From Sphaeroforma arctica JP610 (Eukaryota), in assembly GCF_001186125.1 (NCBI RefSeq), contig NW_014039925.1:16142-54211 (forward strand): a stretch of 38,070 nucleotides of DNA, written 5' to 3'. A model generated the notes under the pieces. That model saw only the letters and a list, made by a program, of their open reading frames with translations. It was not told the origin of the DNA and made no database searches. Numbering within the stretch: position 1 is the stretch's first letter; the number at the start of each line of letters is the position of its first letter. Of the stretch, positions 1 through 11,218 are shown piece by piece. The position numbers were made by a program, and so were the translations under genes.

Positions 1-272
1 CGTGTGTGTGTGTGTGTGTGTGTGTTTGTTTGTGTCTCTGTATGTGTCTGTGTCTGTCTGTGTCGGTGTATGAGTCTGTGTCTGTGTCTGTGTCTATGTT
101 TGTGTCCGTGTCTGTGTCTGTGTCTGTGTCTATGTTTGTGTCCGTGTCTGTGTCTGTGTCTGCGTCTGTGCCTGTGCCTGTATATGTGTCTGTGTCTGTG
201 TTGTGTATGTGTCTGTGTCTGTGTCTGTGTTTGTGTTTGTGTTTGTGTTTGTGTTTGTGTGTGTGTGTGTGT
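1..272. repeat. (TGTGTC/TGTGTT/TG)n microsatellite
   Basis: Visible hexamer/dinucleotide tandem array. The ORFs over it are low-complexity artefacts. Confidence 0.95.
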
Positions 273-543
273 ATTCTAAGAATTATACGTATATTGATAT
301 ACATGCATGTAGTTCTCAGTGCAAACCACTTCGTACTATTTAAGTCATCATTTAAATGCAGTGAACAAGCGCATCTAAAAGGCAAGGACAGAGAATACAC
401 CAATGTGCGTTGCCCCCAATTTCTTTAAAACATCAGGAAAGACGCAACTCAACAAAACCTAAAGTCGCCCTAATGCATAAGCTTAGCATACTCTCAATAC
501 TAAACCTGACATAGCCCACACACACCATCAGACTCGATTAAAA

Positions 544-3500
544 CTATCCAGATTTTGCTTTATGTGTGTGGACTGGCGACCATTTGGTCATACTAAGAAC
601 GCCCCAGCCAAGCGCACTCGACGCGTATACACACGTGCAAGCAATACACGAGCTGATCGGCCAGGGCTGCCACGGCCTATCCCAATCCAATGGTACAGCT
701 ATGGCACCCACCCACATCCCAAAGTGTGTCCCTATAAAAGCTGTGTAGGCGAGCGCTTCCTGCCGTGCACATATGTGTACATAGGGTCATATGAGAAATG
801 GGGGAATTGGAAATGGACAAATTAAATGTGCAGATACAGTCTAATGACACTCACCCGCAACCCAAGGCGCACATATACGAATGCTGGATGAACGCGTACT
901 TTCTGCGGTGTATACTTAAAAGGGTGTATAGTCTTGTGTAAAATTATAGAAACGGATCCTTAGTTTCCGTATCTCAGGATGAAGGCGCAACGACAGTACC
1001 CGCGCACATCTCACTATGAGACCACATATATATCGCAGGCTAACAACGCCCGTGCGCAAACGAATAATTGTTGGTAGCCCTGTATAGAAGATAGCTCTCT
1101 TCATAATGTAGTGTGGTGGGTATGTGTAGGGTCTTGTGTGAGACTGGCTGCGTGTATGCATGCAGTGCGAGGAGGCTTATCGAATACGTCGGATGGTGCT
1201 ATCCGAATAGTGATGTGCTTGGATGCGTTGAATATGCACTCACATTCTATCGGGAGAACATACAGCAGTTAAGTGACCATGCAGCTCTGGTGGTGGTTGA
1301 TGTATGCGTGTGTGCATTCAATATTGTGCAAATAATTCTGCGTGCATAGACACGAGGTGTGCAAGGTCTACTAGCAAGTGGAAGATATTATACATGAATG
1401 CTTGCCTGATGTACAAAAAAAAACATCCTTGTGCCGTAGTGTGTCTACCCAACCAGTACAAACATGTTTGCCTAAAAACGGAAAGATACGTTCCATAATG
1501 TGGCTAAACGAGCTTTGTGCAGACACGTGCTTCCTGCAGTGGTCATCGTGCTGGTAGCTGCGTACGAGTGTAATAACTATTATGCTTTTATACAGTATAT
1601 GGCGTGCCTGTGTACTTGCGAGTGTATGGCATGTATAGTTATACCCGCTTAAGGACAATTCACCACCGCCACCTGCAAGTATGCAGTCCAAGTTGCTCAC
1701 ATATATCCACAACCCTATACCAAGCCATAGGTGTGAATCGTAGATGTAAATCGTAGATGTAAATCGTAGATGTAAATCGTAGATGTAAATCGTAGATGTA
1801 AATCGTAGATGTAAATCGTAGATGTAAATCGTAGATGTAAATCGTAGATGTAAATCGTAGATGTAAATCGTAGATGTAAATCGTAGATGTAAATCGTAGA
1901 TGTAAATCGTAGATGTAAATCGTAGATGTAAATCGTAGATGTAAATCGTAGATATAAATCGTAGATGTAAATCGTAGATGTAAATCGTAGATGTAAATCA
2001 TAGATGTAAATCGTAGATGTAAATCGTAGGTATAAATCGGCATATATTTAAGCATACATACACGAAATATAGAGATATGCAATGTACCGATACAACTTAT
2101 CCTTCTTTAGAGTAGCTTCATTGCGCATGCCTGGTCAATTCCATATAGGACGCCAACTAACACGTAGGCCAGACAGCTCACATTACACACAACATTGCAT
2201 AGTTGCATTATTATCAACTGGCTCACAATCACACACATATACGAGATATAGACTAATGCGATGGCGTAGCAGGAATTGCATGATGCGTCCCTGGTAAGCT
2301 CCACAGAGCACGTCGACAGGTAGGTGGGTCAGACACTTCACATACACACGCAATCTTCTCTGGGTACAAATCAGTATACCGGTATATAGAAACGCATGTA
2401 TAAACGGGATATGCATCAATGCGATGTCACCACACACCTTGTCATCCCTCCACGCTTGGTGAAGCAGTAGTTTCATTATGCCTTCCTGGTCGATTCCGCA
2501 CAGGATACCTATGGGCATGTAAGCCAGACAGCTCACATACACACAAGCCGACAACGTCACATCCAACTTTTCCAACAGAGGCGCCCCGAAGCAGACGAAA
2601 TTGAAGTACAGGAAGGGAATGCTGATGCTGAATTGTAGATTTGCGGATAGAATTAGGAAATTTGAATTGAGACAATTGGGCCGAAAAGCATACCCATTAA
2701 TAGAGAATAGGATTTAGAAAATGGAAACTCAATACTGAAATGAGCTATCTCATCATGGGGCAAATGCTGACGACATAAGTGCCAATAAATAAGCCGTACA
2801 AACAGCTGGTTATGAGATCTGTAAAAGTCTCCGATCAGTCATATGCCTCAAAGTAGACATAGATTCATAGTATGAAGATTGGTCATCTGCACAACATGCA
2901 CACCACCTCATTACTGGTCCAAAATATACATCTGGGATCTGGAAATGTTGTTATAACACCGGTTTGCCTGTCTGGTAAGGATTCTTCATACAGCAACGCA
3001 TAAAGACTGTACCCAAACAGAGCACTATTTAGCACGAGGCACAAGTTCTTGTACGGTGCTGAGAATAATGGGACACGGCAATACAAACAACCTTTCAGTG
3101 TCCAATCAGGTAGTAGGCAAACACAACATATACAATATCGTTTCGGCAAGTGTACATTGCGCCCAATGCATTCAAGACCACACAGATACAGATGCCATCC
3201 ATCCACCCATTCAAGTGACCTACAAAAAGCACACAAGCCAGGGCTATTCGTTCAGTACACAGTACTAAATAGAGAGCCTACATATCTATTTGAAATTTTC
3301 AGCACAAAACCAGTACTCGGCAAATTAGCTATCGTCACAGTTGTCAGTACTACACTTGAGGCCTACATTACAAACCCGTGTGTCGAGTGTAAGTGTAAAG
3401 TGTTCTTTAGTTTTGCAATGCAACAAACACACTGTCCTGCACTTCAGTCAACACGGGGCGTGTGGGCCTGCCAGTACCGTCTCTTGCAGTGCTATATATG

Positions 3501-5905
3501 GACTGTCAAGTACGAAATGGAACACATCCAATGCTAAGTATAGAACATATAGTGCTATACTACACAGTTCGGTACTTAGTTCAGCCCGAGGCGTCTTGAT
3601 CTGCTGTGAGTATTCCTAGACTGCTTCATATAGAGCCCAACGTGCGAAATACATGACAGTACCGAACTTACAGCGCTATAAATAGCCCATCGAGCACTTG
3701 AGTCAGCAAGGGGCGTATCGGCCTGCTAGTCGCATTCTTTGCGAGTGTAGTGGGGTATAGTATTATGTTGGCTATAGCTACAGCCTGTGATGGAAAGTGT
3801 GAACGTCGTGTTAATACATCAGCACACCTGTGGGGGAACAGTAGCGCGTTAGTGTATACACACAAAAACATGAAAGGACAAGCTCGGATTCAACGCAAGG
3901 TATACTGCTGTAGTGATAGGTAGAACTTTTGAAATGCTAGATATAGCATATGCAGTGCACAGTATACAGAAGCGACAAGGTTTGCAACCGCAAGTGTTCG
4001 TAGCTGTGTCGTCAGCCGAATCTATAGTGGCGTTTGAAGCAATTCGGTGCAGGCCTAAGTAGACGTACTGGACTGCCCTTTGTTATATCAAACTATGTTT
4101 GGGATAATTACTTAATGCACATGTACATCATCGAGATACCGCTGTGTCTGTGATCAGCTTGCATTTTTGCGAGTGTTAAATCAGTATATAAGATTACAAT
4201 ATTCTAAAACTGACAGAAGCCAAAGACGTTAAAGAATATATTCTGTGGTACATCTGCTTAGCCTCTAGTACGGAGTGCAACACATAGTAATAGCAATATC
4301 GATGTCACCAAAACACAATGGGTTGGGTCTATATTAAGCTCAAAATTATATGCGTCCGGTCTATTTCGTGAAATATGCGCTATTGTTCTGCGGGATTTGA
4401 TAGTACTGACTGCATACTATACGCTCAATCTAGGAGTCTGAATTTGTCTTGCAATGTCTGATATGTATGTCTACTATATGTCTACCCGGACGACTGTTAT
4501 GGATACGATATATGTCGACATGCTAGAAATAGTCCAAATATTCTTTCTTACAGCTGTGTGTAGCTACAAACGTCGTGATCATACCATGACCGTGTATTAA
4601 AACGCATGTTCAGTGCCACACTCTGTGATAGTATCCGACGGGTATCCTAAACCCTGAACCTTAAACCCCAAACCCTAAAGACGTATGCTTATTACCACAT
4701 TCTATGATGATATCCGATTGATAACCAGCGGTGCATTGGATATATGTGATGACATACTGTCAAGCTCACAAGTTCCATTATGAGCCAGCACCGCTACCGC
4801 CACAAACTCACTGAATTCTTGACACCCACTTAGATCATAGTGGTGTACCCTTTCTACGCAACTATGAAGCTATAGCCAGATATTCGCAAACTCAACACTG
4901 CACTGTACCCTGAATGGCCCACTACACAAGGAAAGATAAGTGCGACTAGCCATGCTGTACAGTCTCGCATTAGGGAAACTGCATATGATATTCATCGCAT
5001 TAACTCTTAATTATCAAAGTGTGTGGAACGTATGAGCATTTAGTGACACTCGTACACGAACGAGAGAGAAAAATATCATTTAACATTTACCTGTGCTCCG
5101 AAAACCACTTTTGCCACTAAACTGTAACAATTGATTTATTTACACTAGAGCTACGACGTACCAGGACAAACATTGATTTCGCTCGAAAATCACAGTTCTT
5201 CAACCCCAACATATCCTTATCGGAAGTTGGATAGAGTTGTAGCATAAAACATTAAATATGCATACACCGATTATATGAAGTTCACGCAAGCGGAGCATGT
5301 AATAGTTAAAATATGGAGGTCTTACGTCCGCATTCATAGCATGTCCTGGATGTACATGGTGTGCAAAGGCAATGATGCGCTGGCGGTAAAGCGCTTCTGC
5401 ATATGTGTGTAATTTTCCACGGAATGTACATGCATATATAACTCTGTGTATGCATAGCAATGTGTTCAAATTTTATCAGTCAGTATGAACCACCTTACAT
5501 ACGTATCTACATATGCATAAAAGCCTGTACCTGCGCAATACACATCTTTTGCACGATTGCACATATACTTTGCACCTAACGGATTGCCTTCAGCTCATAC
5601 GATAAGTAGTAAGCTCCGCAAGGCTATATACGTTTAATACCAACGCTAAACATAGACGATTGACATACGCCATTGAACAAATACGCTCTGTACACAACTG
5701 AGCAAGAAGGCATTCTCAACAAAACAAGAACCAAAAAAGGTATCTGTAGCCACACGCCACATACTAGAGTGGTGAGAAGAATCGTTCGATTGGTGTCTGT
5801 GACCACATTTGCTCCATCTCCCAATATAAGTGGTGGAAAGAGTGTGAAGAAACATACGCATGTCAACACTAGCAAGCTACTGCGTGTCATACTGGATACT
5901 GCCAT
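544..5905 (-). CDS. PIGF: PIG-F/GPI11, stabilising subunit of GPI ethanolamine-phosphate transferases; exons 5905-5765, 3784-3672, 2627-2438, 759-544 (660 nt, 219 aa)
   Basis: The last exon reads GMWVGAIAVPLDWDRPWQPWPIS (PIG-F hallmark PLDWxRPWQxWP) and exon 3 reads FVCFGAPLLE. All introns are GT..AG with matching phases 0/2/0. The exon 1 donor at 5764 was chosen by homology; 5668 is an alternative. Confidence 0.92.
1736..2038. repeat. 13-bp minisatellite (TAGATGTAAATCG)n in PIGF intron 3
   Basis: About 23 near-perfect tandem copies visible. Confidence 0.95.
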
Positions 5906-6586
5906 TCTGGAGATTAGTTAGTTTTACCCGGGTGGTGACAGTCTAATTTATTTAAAAATTTTGAGTTACATATACTCGTGGTTATGGATCTATGTATTTG
6001 AGTATTCGCAGTGTACCGAGTATTTGGATCGATGTTTGCACGTGTTAGCGTTTGTATACTTTTGACGGAACAAATCGTGCTTTCAGATGTCTTAGCTATA
6101 TGCATCCCAATGTGCGTTCTGAAGACCTTTCAGACATACACGCCCACAGTTTGCGACTCAGATATATACAATACTGTCTGCATGAAAGGGAGAATGGTGT
6201 GTAAGGCGGGGTGGGTCGCAAGTATGGCTTTATATGTTTACCTATATAAATATACGGTTGCTATGTATGTATTTATATAGGCGCCGTGGAATCCAGTGGT
6301 CTTGGATGACGCAATAAAAGTCAGTATGTATAAAAAGCCGACCGCTTTTTCTGCGGTTTGGTTTTCTTTTGAAAAAAAACATTTCACGTGGAACTCGAGT
6401 CAAGTCGACATAACAGCCAAAATATACTGAAAGATGCTGCGTACTGTGCTCACCGGTGTGTAGGATCTTTATTTTTTATGATTAGTATTGATACGGATAA
6501 CAATAGTAAACTCAAAAGCGAGTATAGCTGTAAAACATAGTCGACAGCAAACAGTGATTGTGCTGATTTAACAACAACTAGGAATA
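5906..6586. promoter_or_regulatory. Probable bidirectional promoter/5'UTR region between head-to-head PIGF and HYPK
   Basis: The two start codons diverge about 0.7 kb apart, and each is preceded by an acceptor-like site (CTAAC...CCAG|AATG on minus; CTAG|GAATAATG on plus), implying 5' introns. CACGTG at 6385-6390. Confidence 0.45.
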
Positions 6587-8563
6587 ATGTCTAAAGACGA
6601 GAATCAGAACAATGGCGATGATGTCGACAGTGACACCGAAGAGAACCAAGTGGTGGAACACGGGCATAAAAGCGGCAAGGCAGACCTAGCTAAGGTATGT
6701 TGGTGTCATGAATTTAATTATATGTATCCCTCTGATGAAGTATTGATGAAATTTTCATAAATAAATAAGAGTCCGTTCAAGAGAATACATTCTAAAAGAA
6801 TGTGGTGTATGTATCTATGTATGTATCTATGTATGTAAGAATGTATGTATGTTTGTAGGTATGTNNNNNNNNNNNNNNNNNNNNTATATGCTCTGCCTTC
6901 CATACTGTACGCGCATATCATGCATACATCAGATTTGATTGTCGTAAATTGTCACTCGCCTCATATCAACCATAAACACACACAAGTCGACTTTGAGCAA
7001 TTCAAATCTCATTGATCTTTGCCCATCCCCGTTCTGTTACTAGATCAAAATCGAACGAATGGTTCGTGACAGGAAATTGGCGCTCGTAAAAGTCGAGGAA
7101 TCCGATGTCGAGCTATTGGTATGTGTGTGGTATTGTTGTTATTGGTATCTGTGTGGTATTGTTGCTATTGGTATGGGTGTGGTATTGTTGCTATTGGTAT
7201 GGGTGTGGTATTGTTGCTATTGGTATGGGTGTGGTATTGTTGCTATTGGTATGGATGTGGTATTGTTGCTATTGGTATGGGTGTGGTATTGTTGCTATTG
7301 GTATGGGTGTGGTATGGATGTGGTATTGTTGCTATTGGTATGGGTGTGGTATTGTTGCTATTGGTATGGGTGTGGTATTATTGCTATTGGTATGGGTGTG
7401 GTATTGTTGCTATTGGTATGAGTGTGGTATTGTTGCTATTGGTATGGGTGTGGTATTGTTGCTATTGGTATGGGTGTGGCATTGTTGTCAGGCACGTTAT
7501 CCTTCTTGAATGTGTAGTTTAGCAAACGAGTCGTGTCTAGTATGAGCTATTGGTATGGGTGTGGTATCGTTGTCAGGCACGGCATCTTTCTTGAATGTGT
7601 AATTTAGCAAACGAGTCACCTGTAATTTTGTCTAGTATGAGCTATTGGTATGGGTGTGGTATTGTTGTCAGGCACGTCATCCTTCTTGAATGTATAGTTT
7701 AGCAAACGAGTCACCTGTAATTTTGTGTCTAGTATTTGCATTTGCTTCATTTTTTGAAATAGTGTATGCCGCCAGCATCAACCGTATATATGTCACGTTT
7801 TAGGCTATTTGTAGTATTTTCATATACTTTGACCATGCTGAATAATCAGAGCTCATTTATATATAATTCGTGTCGTGGAGGTATGTTGTGTCTTGTCCTG
7901 GAGCTCTGCATATGTATAACGCATGGCGCGTGTTCACGGGTGGTCAACCACTAACCAGAATGTTGTCATGGTGATTGTTGTCATGGTGATTGCGATACCA
8001 TGCCTACTGCGAGATTGCGGTTTGCGGTTTATGGTGTGTAGTTGGCAGTAGTCGCGTATGAGCGAGTATCAGAGTATCAACATGAACTCGTGAGCACTTG
8101 AGAACGGGACATTGGGTCGTTTGACTTAGCGGGTATCTACCTGGAGAAGTACCTGATCTCACATGGTACTATATTCCAGTCTGTGTGGGATCCAGTGATA
8201 TCTTACTCACCCGTCAACCCCCGTTAGTCAACCCCTCTTGCCGTGTCAAGTTATATATCGCATAGTATTCATCTACGACACCTATCGGACCTACCAATAT
8301 ACACAATATACACCACTACAAACCTACTTCAACCGCCCATCGATACGCATTGGTAGGCGTTTGTGTAGCTCTATGCCTATACCAATAAGACCTATCACTT
8401 TTAAGCTAACGGAATGACACAACCCCTGACTTGCATCCAGAAAACGGAACTAGGAATTGACGAAGCCGATGCCAAACTCATGTTACAACGGGAGGGTGGA
8501 AACGCGTACAAGGCTCTGAGTACGTTTATCACTGCGCACAACGGGACGCTGACCACGTGTTAA
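6587..8563 (+). CDS. HYPK: HYPK-like protein (huntingtin-interacting protein K, NatA partner, C-terminal UBA-like domain); exons 6587-6694, [probable exon in the N-gap near 6865-6884], 7044-7118, 8441-8563
   Basis: The exon peptides HKSGKADLAK|, RDRKLALVKVEESDVELL| and KTELGIDEADAKLMLQREGGNAYKAL match the HYPK pattern (HDSGAADLERV..EKELAKVTIKKEDLELI..GNVVEAL). Junctions are phase-0 GT-AG and there is an AATAAA at 8584. A possible extra in-frame 5' exon lies at 6434-6455. Confidence 0.85.
7112..7490 (+). repeat. 26-bp minisatellite (GCTATTGGTATGGGTGTGGTATTGTT)n built from a HYPK donor junction; longer-unit copies extend to about 7735
   Basis: The tandem unit contains the exon end CTATTG plus the GTATG donor. 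Confidence 0.92.
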
Positions 8564-8902
8564 GAGCACTTGCGACTATTCAGAATAAACGCTTTCATGT
8601 GCTTTGGTAGTCATACGTATTGTATTCGAGTCTGCCGTTGGACGTGCTTGGCGGGATTGCATGTTGAAGGTTTAGCTGAGCTAGAGGATTGTGAGTGCCT
8701 GAAGATACATCTACAGACATTTGTCATTTTATTTCCGTGAACTTTACTGTACACAAAGCACGGGTACGACGCACACAAGTGGGGACCATCTGGCACAGGT
8801 ACAATATACAGCAACACCCTCTGGTGCTATCGCTACTGAGTCGAGGGCGATAGGTTTACATCTACCACCCCCACAAGAGAAGGAATAGCCTCTAGCCGCC
8901 TC

Positions 8903-9445
8903 ATCACTAGATGTACTATCTCACTGTCATACGCATGAGTCATCACTTCACTAGTAGATGTACAATCTCACTGTCATACGCATGTGTAATCACTTCACTA
9001 GTAGATGTACTATCTCACTGTCATACGCATGAGTCATCTCATCATTAGGTGTACTATCTCCCTGTCATACGCATGAGTCATCACTTCACTAGTAGATGTA
9101 CTATGACTGTCATACGCATGAGTCATCACTTCACTAGTAGATGGACTATGACTGTCATACGCATGAGTCATCACTTCACTAGTAGATGTACTATGACTGT
9201 CATACGCATGAGTCATCACTTCACTAGTAGATGTACTATGACTGTCATACATATGAGTCATCACTTCACTAGTAGATGTACTATGACTGTCATACGCATG
9301 AGTCATCACTTCACTAGTAGATGTACTATGACTGTCATACGTATGAGTCATCACTTCACTAGTAGATGTACTATCTCACTGTCATACGCATGAGTCATCT
9401 CAGCACTAGGTGTACTATCTCATTATCGTACGCATGAGTCATCAC
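8903..9445. repeat. 45-bp minisatellite (CTGTCATACGCATGAGTCATCACTTCACTAGTAGATGTACTATGA)n
   Basis: About 12 tandem copies. They account for the 15-aa periodic ORFs on both strands. Confidence 0.93.
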
Positions 9446-10450
9446 ATACATTTCCATCCATAAATAGCGAGACGAATTGTCATGGCACATCACTGGTCAT
9501 GCAGCGGCTCCCCCCGTAGTGCCAAATCCTCGTTAATTGTCCTCATGGGTTTTGCTTTGGGATAACCGAGTCTTCAGTTACTACTTGACTACATCGGCAA
9601 TGGTCCAAGTGCCGAGTGCCGTGTTCTTAACCCCTCCGAGATCCACCGCCACTGTGGAGCGTGTGATTGATTGAGTGTGACTACGAGTGCTAAACCGCGA
9701 CGGGTGTGCACTGAACAGTGCTGATGTTCGGTACTTAGTTGGAAAGTGGTCCGTATCTTTGCATGTATCTCGCATCCCGCCATAAGCATACCAGATATGG
9801 GTGTGTACAAATATACACTGCTACATGAGTATACCCGGTGCCTGGAGATGTGTGCTTACACCCTCCAATACTTCATGCGTATGTATACACTGAGGACAGC
9901 GTGGTGAGTACTTCCCCAGTACCACCTCTGTATGAGAAGTGACTCACCGGACTGGGAGCGTCGTAGAGATACTTTAGTGTATTGTTGTAGCTGTACTCGT
10001 GCCACTCTCGTCCTAAAAGATCGCACATGCGCGTTCGTGAGTGCGTCTAAGTATATGTTTTCCTTTTCTTAAACACTTCCACACCTATTAGAATGCAGGT
10101 AATATAATGCAAGTCTATGAAGCCAAGGCCTGACAACGCCCATCCGAGCATATACTCCAATACTTGCACTACTCACCTACACCTACCTACAAGTGTAGTA
10201 TACACATACACTTGCAGTATAGTATGTGATTGATTTTCAGGAACAATCCATGCATATATCAGCCCATTACAGAGGGAGCCCCCTAGCAGTGCGGCGGTGC
10301 AATTCAAGGGCTTCTTCATAATTCATACAGTTCGACTGGTAGGTATGTCACCCATGGCTTCGGCTCAAATCTCCATGATTTGCACACAACTATACGTACA
10401 ACAAGCACATATAAGTGTGCATGGATGATACGATGTATCATCTGAAAGTA

Positions 10451-11018
10451 TGTATGCACTTTACCATGTATTATTTGGCAAAGTACAGCAACGTAACGCA
10501 ACATGCGCATATAAGCATACATGGACTATACTATGTAGTATTTGGCAAAGTACAGTCACGTAATACTAAACATAGGCATATAAGTATGTATGTACCTTAC
10601 TATAAATTATTTGGCAAAGCACAGTCACGTAATACTAAACATACGCATATAAGTATGTATGCACCATACTATAAACTATTTCAAAGTACAGCCACGTATC
10701 GCCCCAGTGCAACGCAGTGAGGTCCTCCCAAACACTACGCGCGGGATAATCAAACGTGTCTTCTTGTGCAGGTTTTAGACGTCACCGGTTGCACCAGCTC
10801 TACGCAGGTGATTCCGAACGGAAGGGACAAGTATGAAGGTACGTATAAAACACAATGTATATAACTTTATATGTTATGTATTTTTATAAGTTATTTGTTA
10901 TTTGTTTAACATGAAGGTACGTATAAAACATAACGGATATAACTTTATATGTTATATATTTGTTTAAATATTTTTATATGTTGTTTGTTATTTGTTTAAT
11001 ATGAAGGTACATATATAA
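10451..11018. repeat. Two AT-rich tandem arrays (about 70-bp units at 10451-10690; about 80-90-bp units at 10832-11018)
   Basis: Repeated TATTTGGCAAAGTACAG... and ATGAAGGTACGTATAAAACA... blocks. Confidence 0.75.
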
Positions 11019-11218
11019 CAAATAACGAGTTTTGGGATGTATTTTTCTATTTGCGCACATCTCTCTGCGCAACTTACAGATGTGGCTATACATGGACAAG
11101 CGGATGTATATATACATAATAAAAATCAGTACTGCATAGACACATGTATGTACCTATGCACACTAAATCTTTTGACAAATGTATGTACATATGCATACTA
11201 AACCGTCGTATGCGCATA

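Noticed and set aside
4..428. Cys/Val-rich ORFs
   Set aside because: Translation of a microsatellite.
5091..5121. 31-nt AG/GT-flanked candidate PIGF micro-exon
   Set aside because: It would shift the frame. The 4-exon model already gives a full-length 219-aa PIG-F.
7059..7522. Three overlapping hydrophobic/Cys-rich ORFs
   Set aside because: Produced by the 26-bp intronic repeat; only 7044-7118 is coding.
8903..9445. Regular repeat array resembling CRISPR, and a 15-aa repeat protein
   Set aside because: Units are contiguous with no unique spacers and there are no cas genes; this is a minisatellite.
10772..10838. Plus-strand exon-like segment with good splice signals
   Set aside because: Better explained as a decayed copy of the hydrolase last exon; no partner exons were found.
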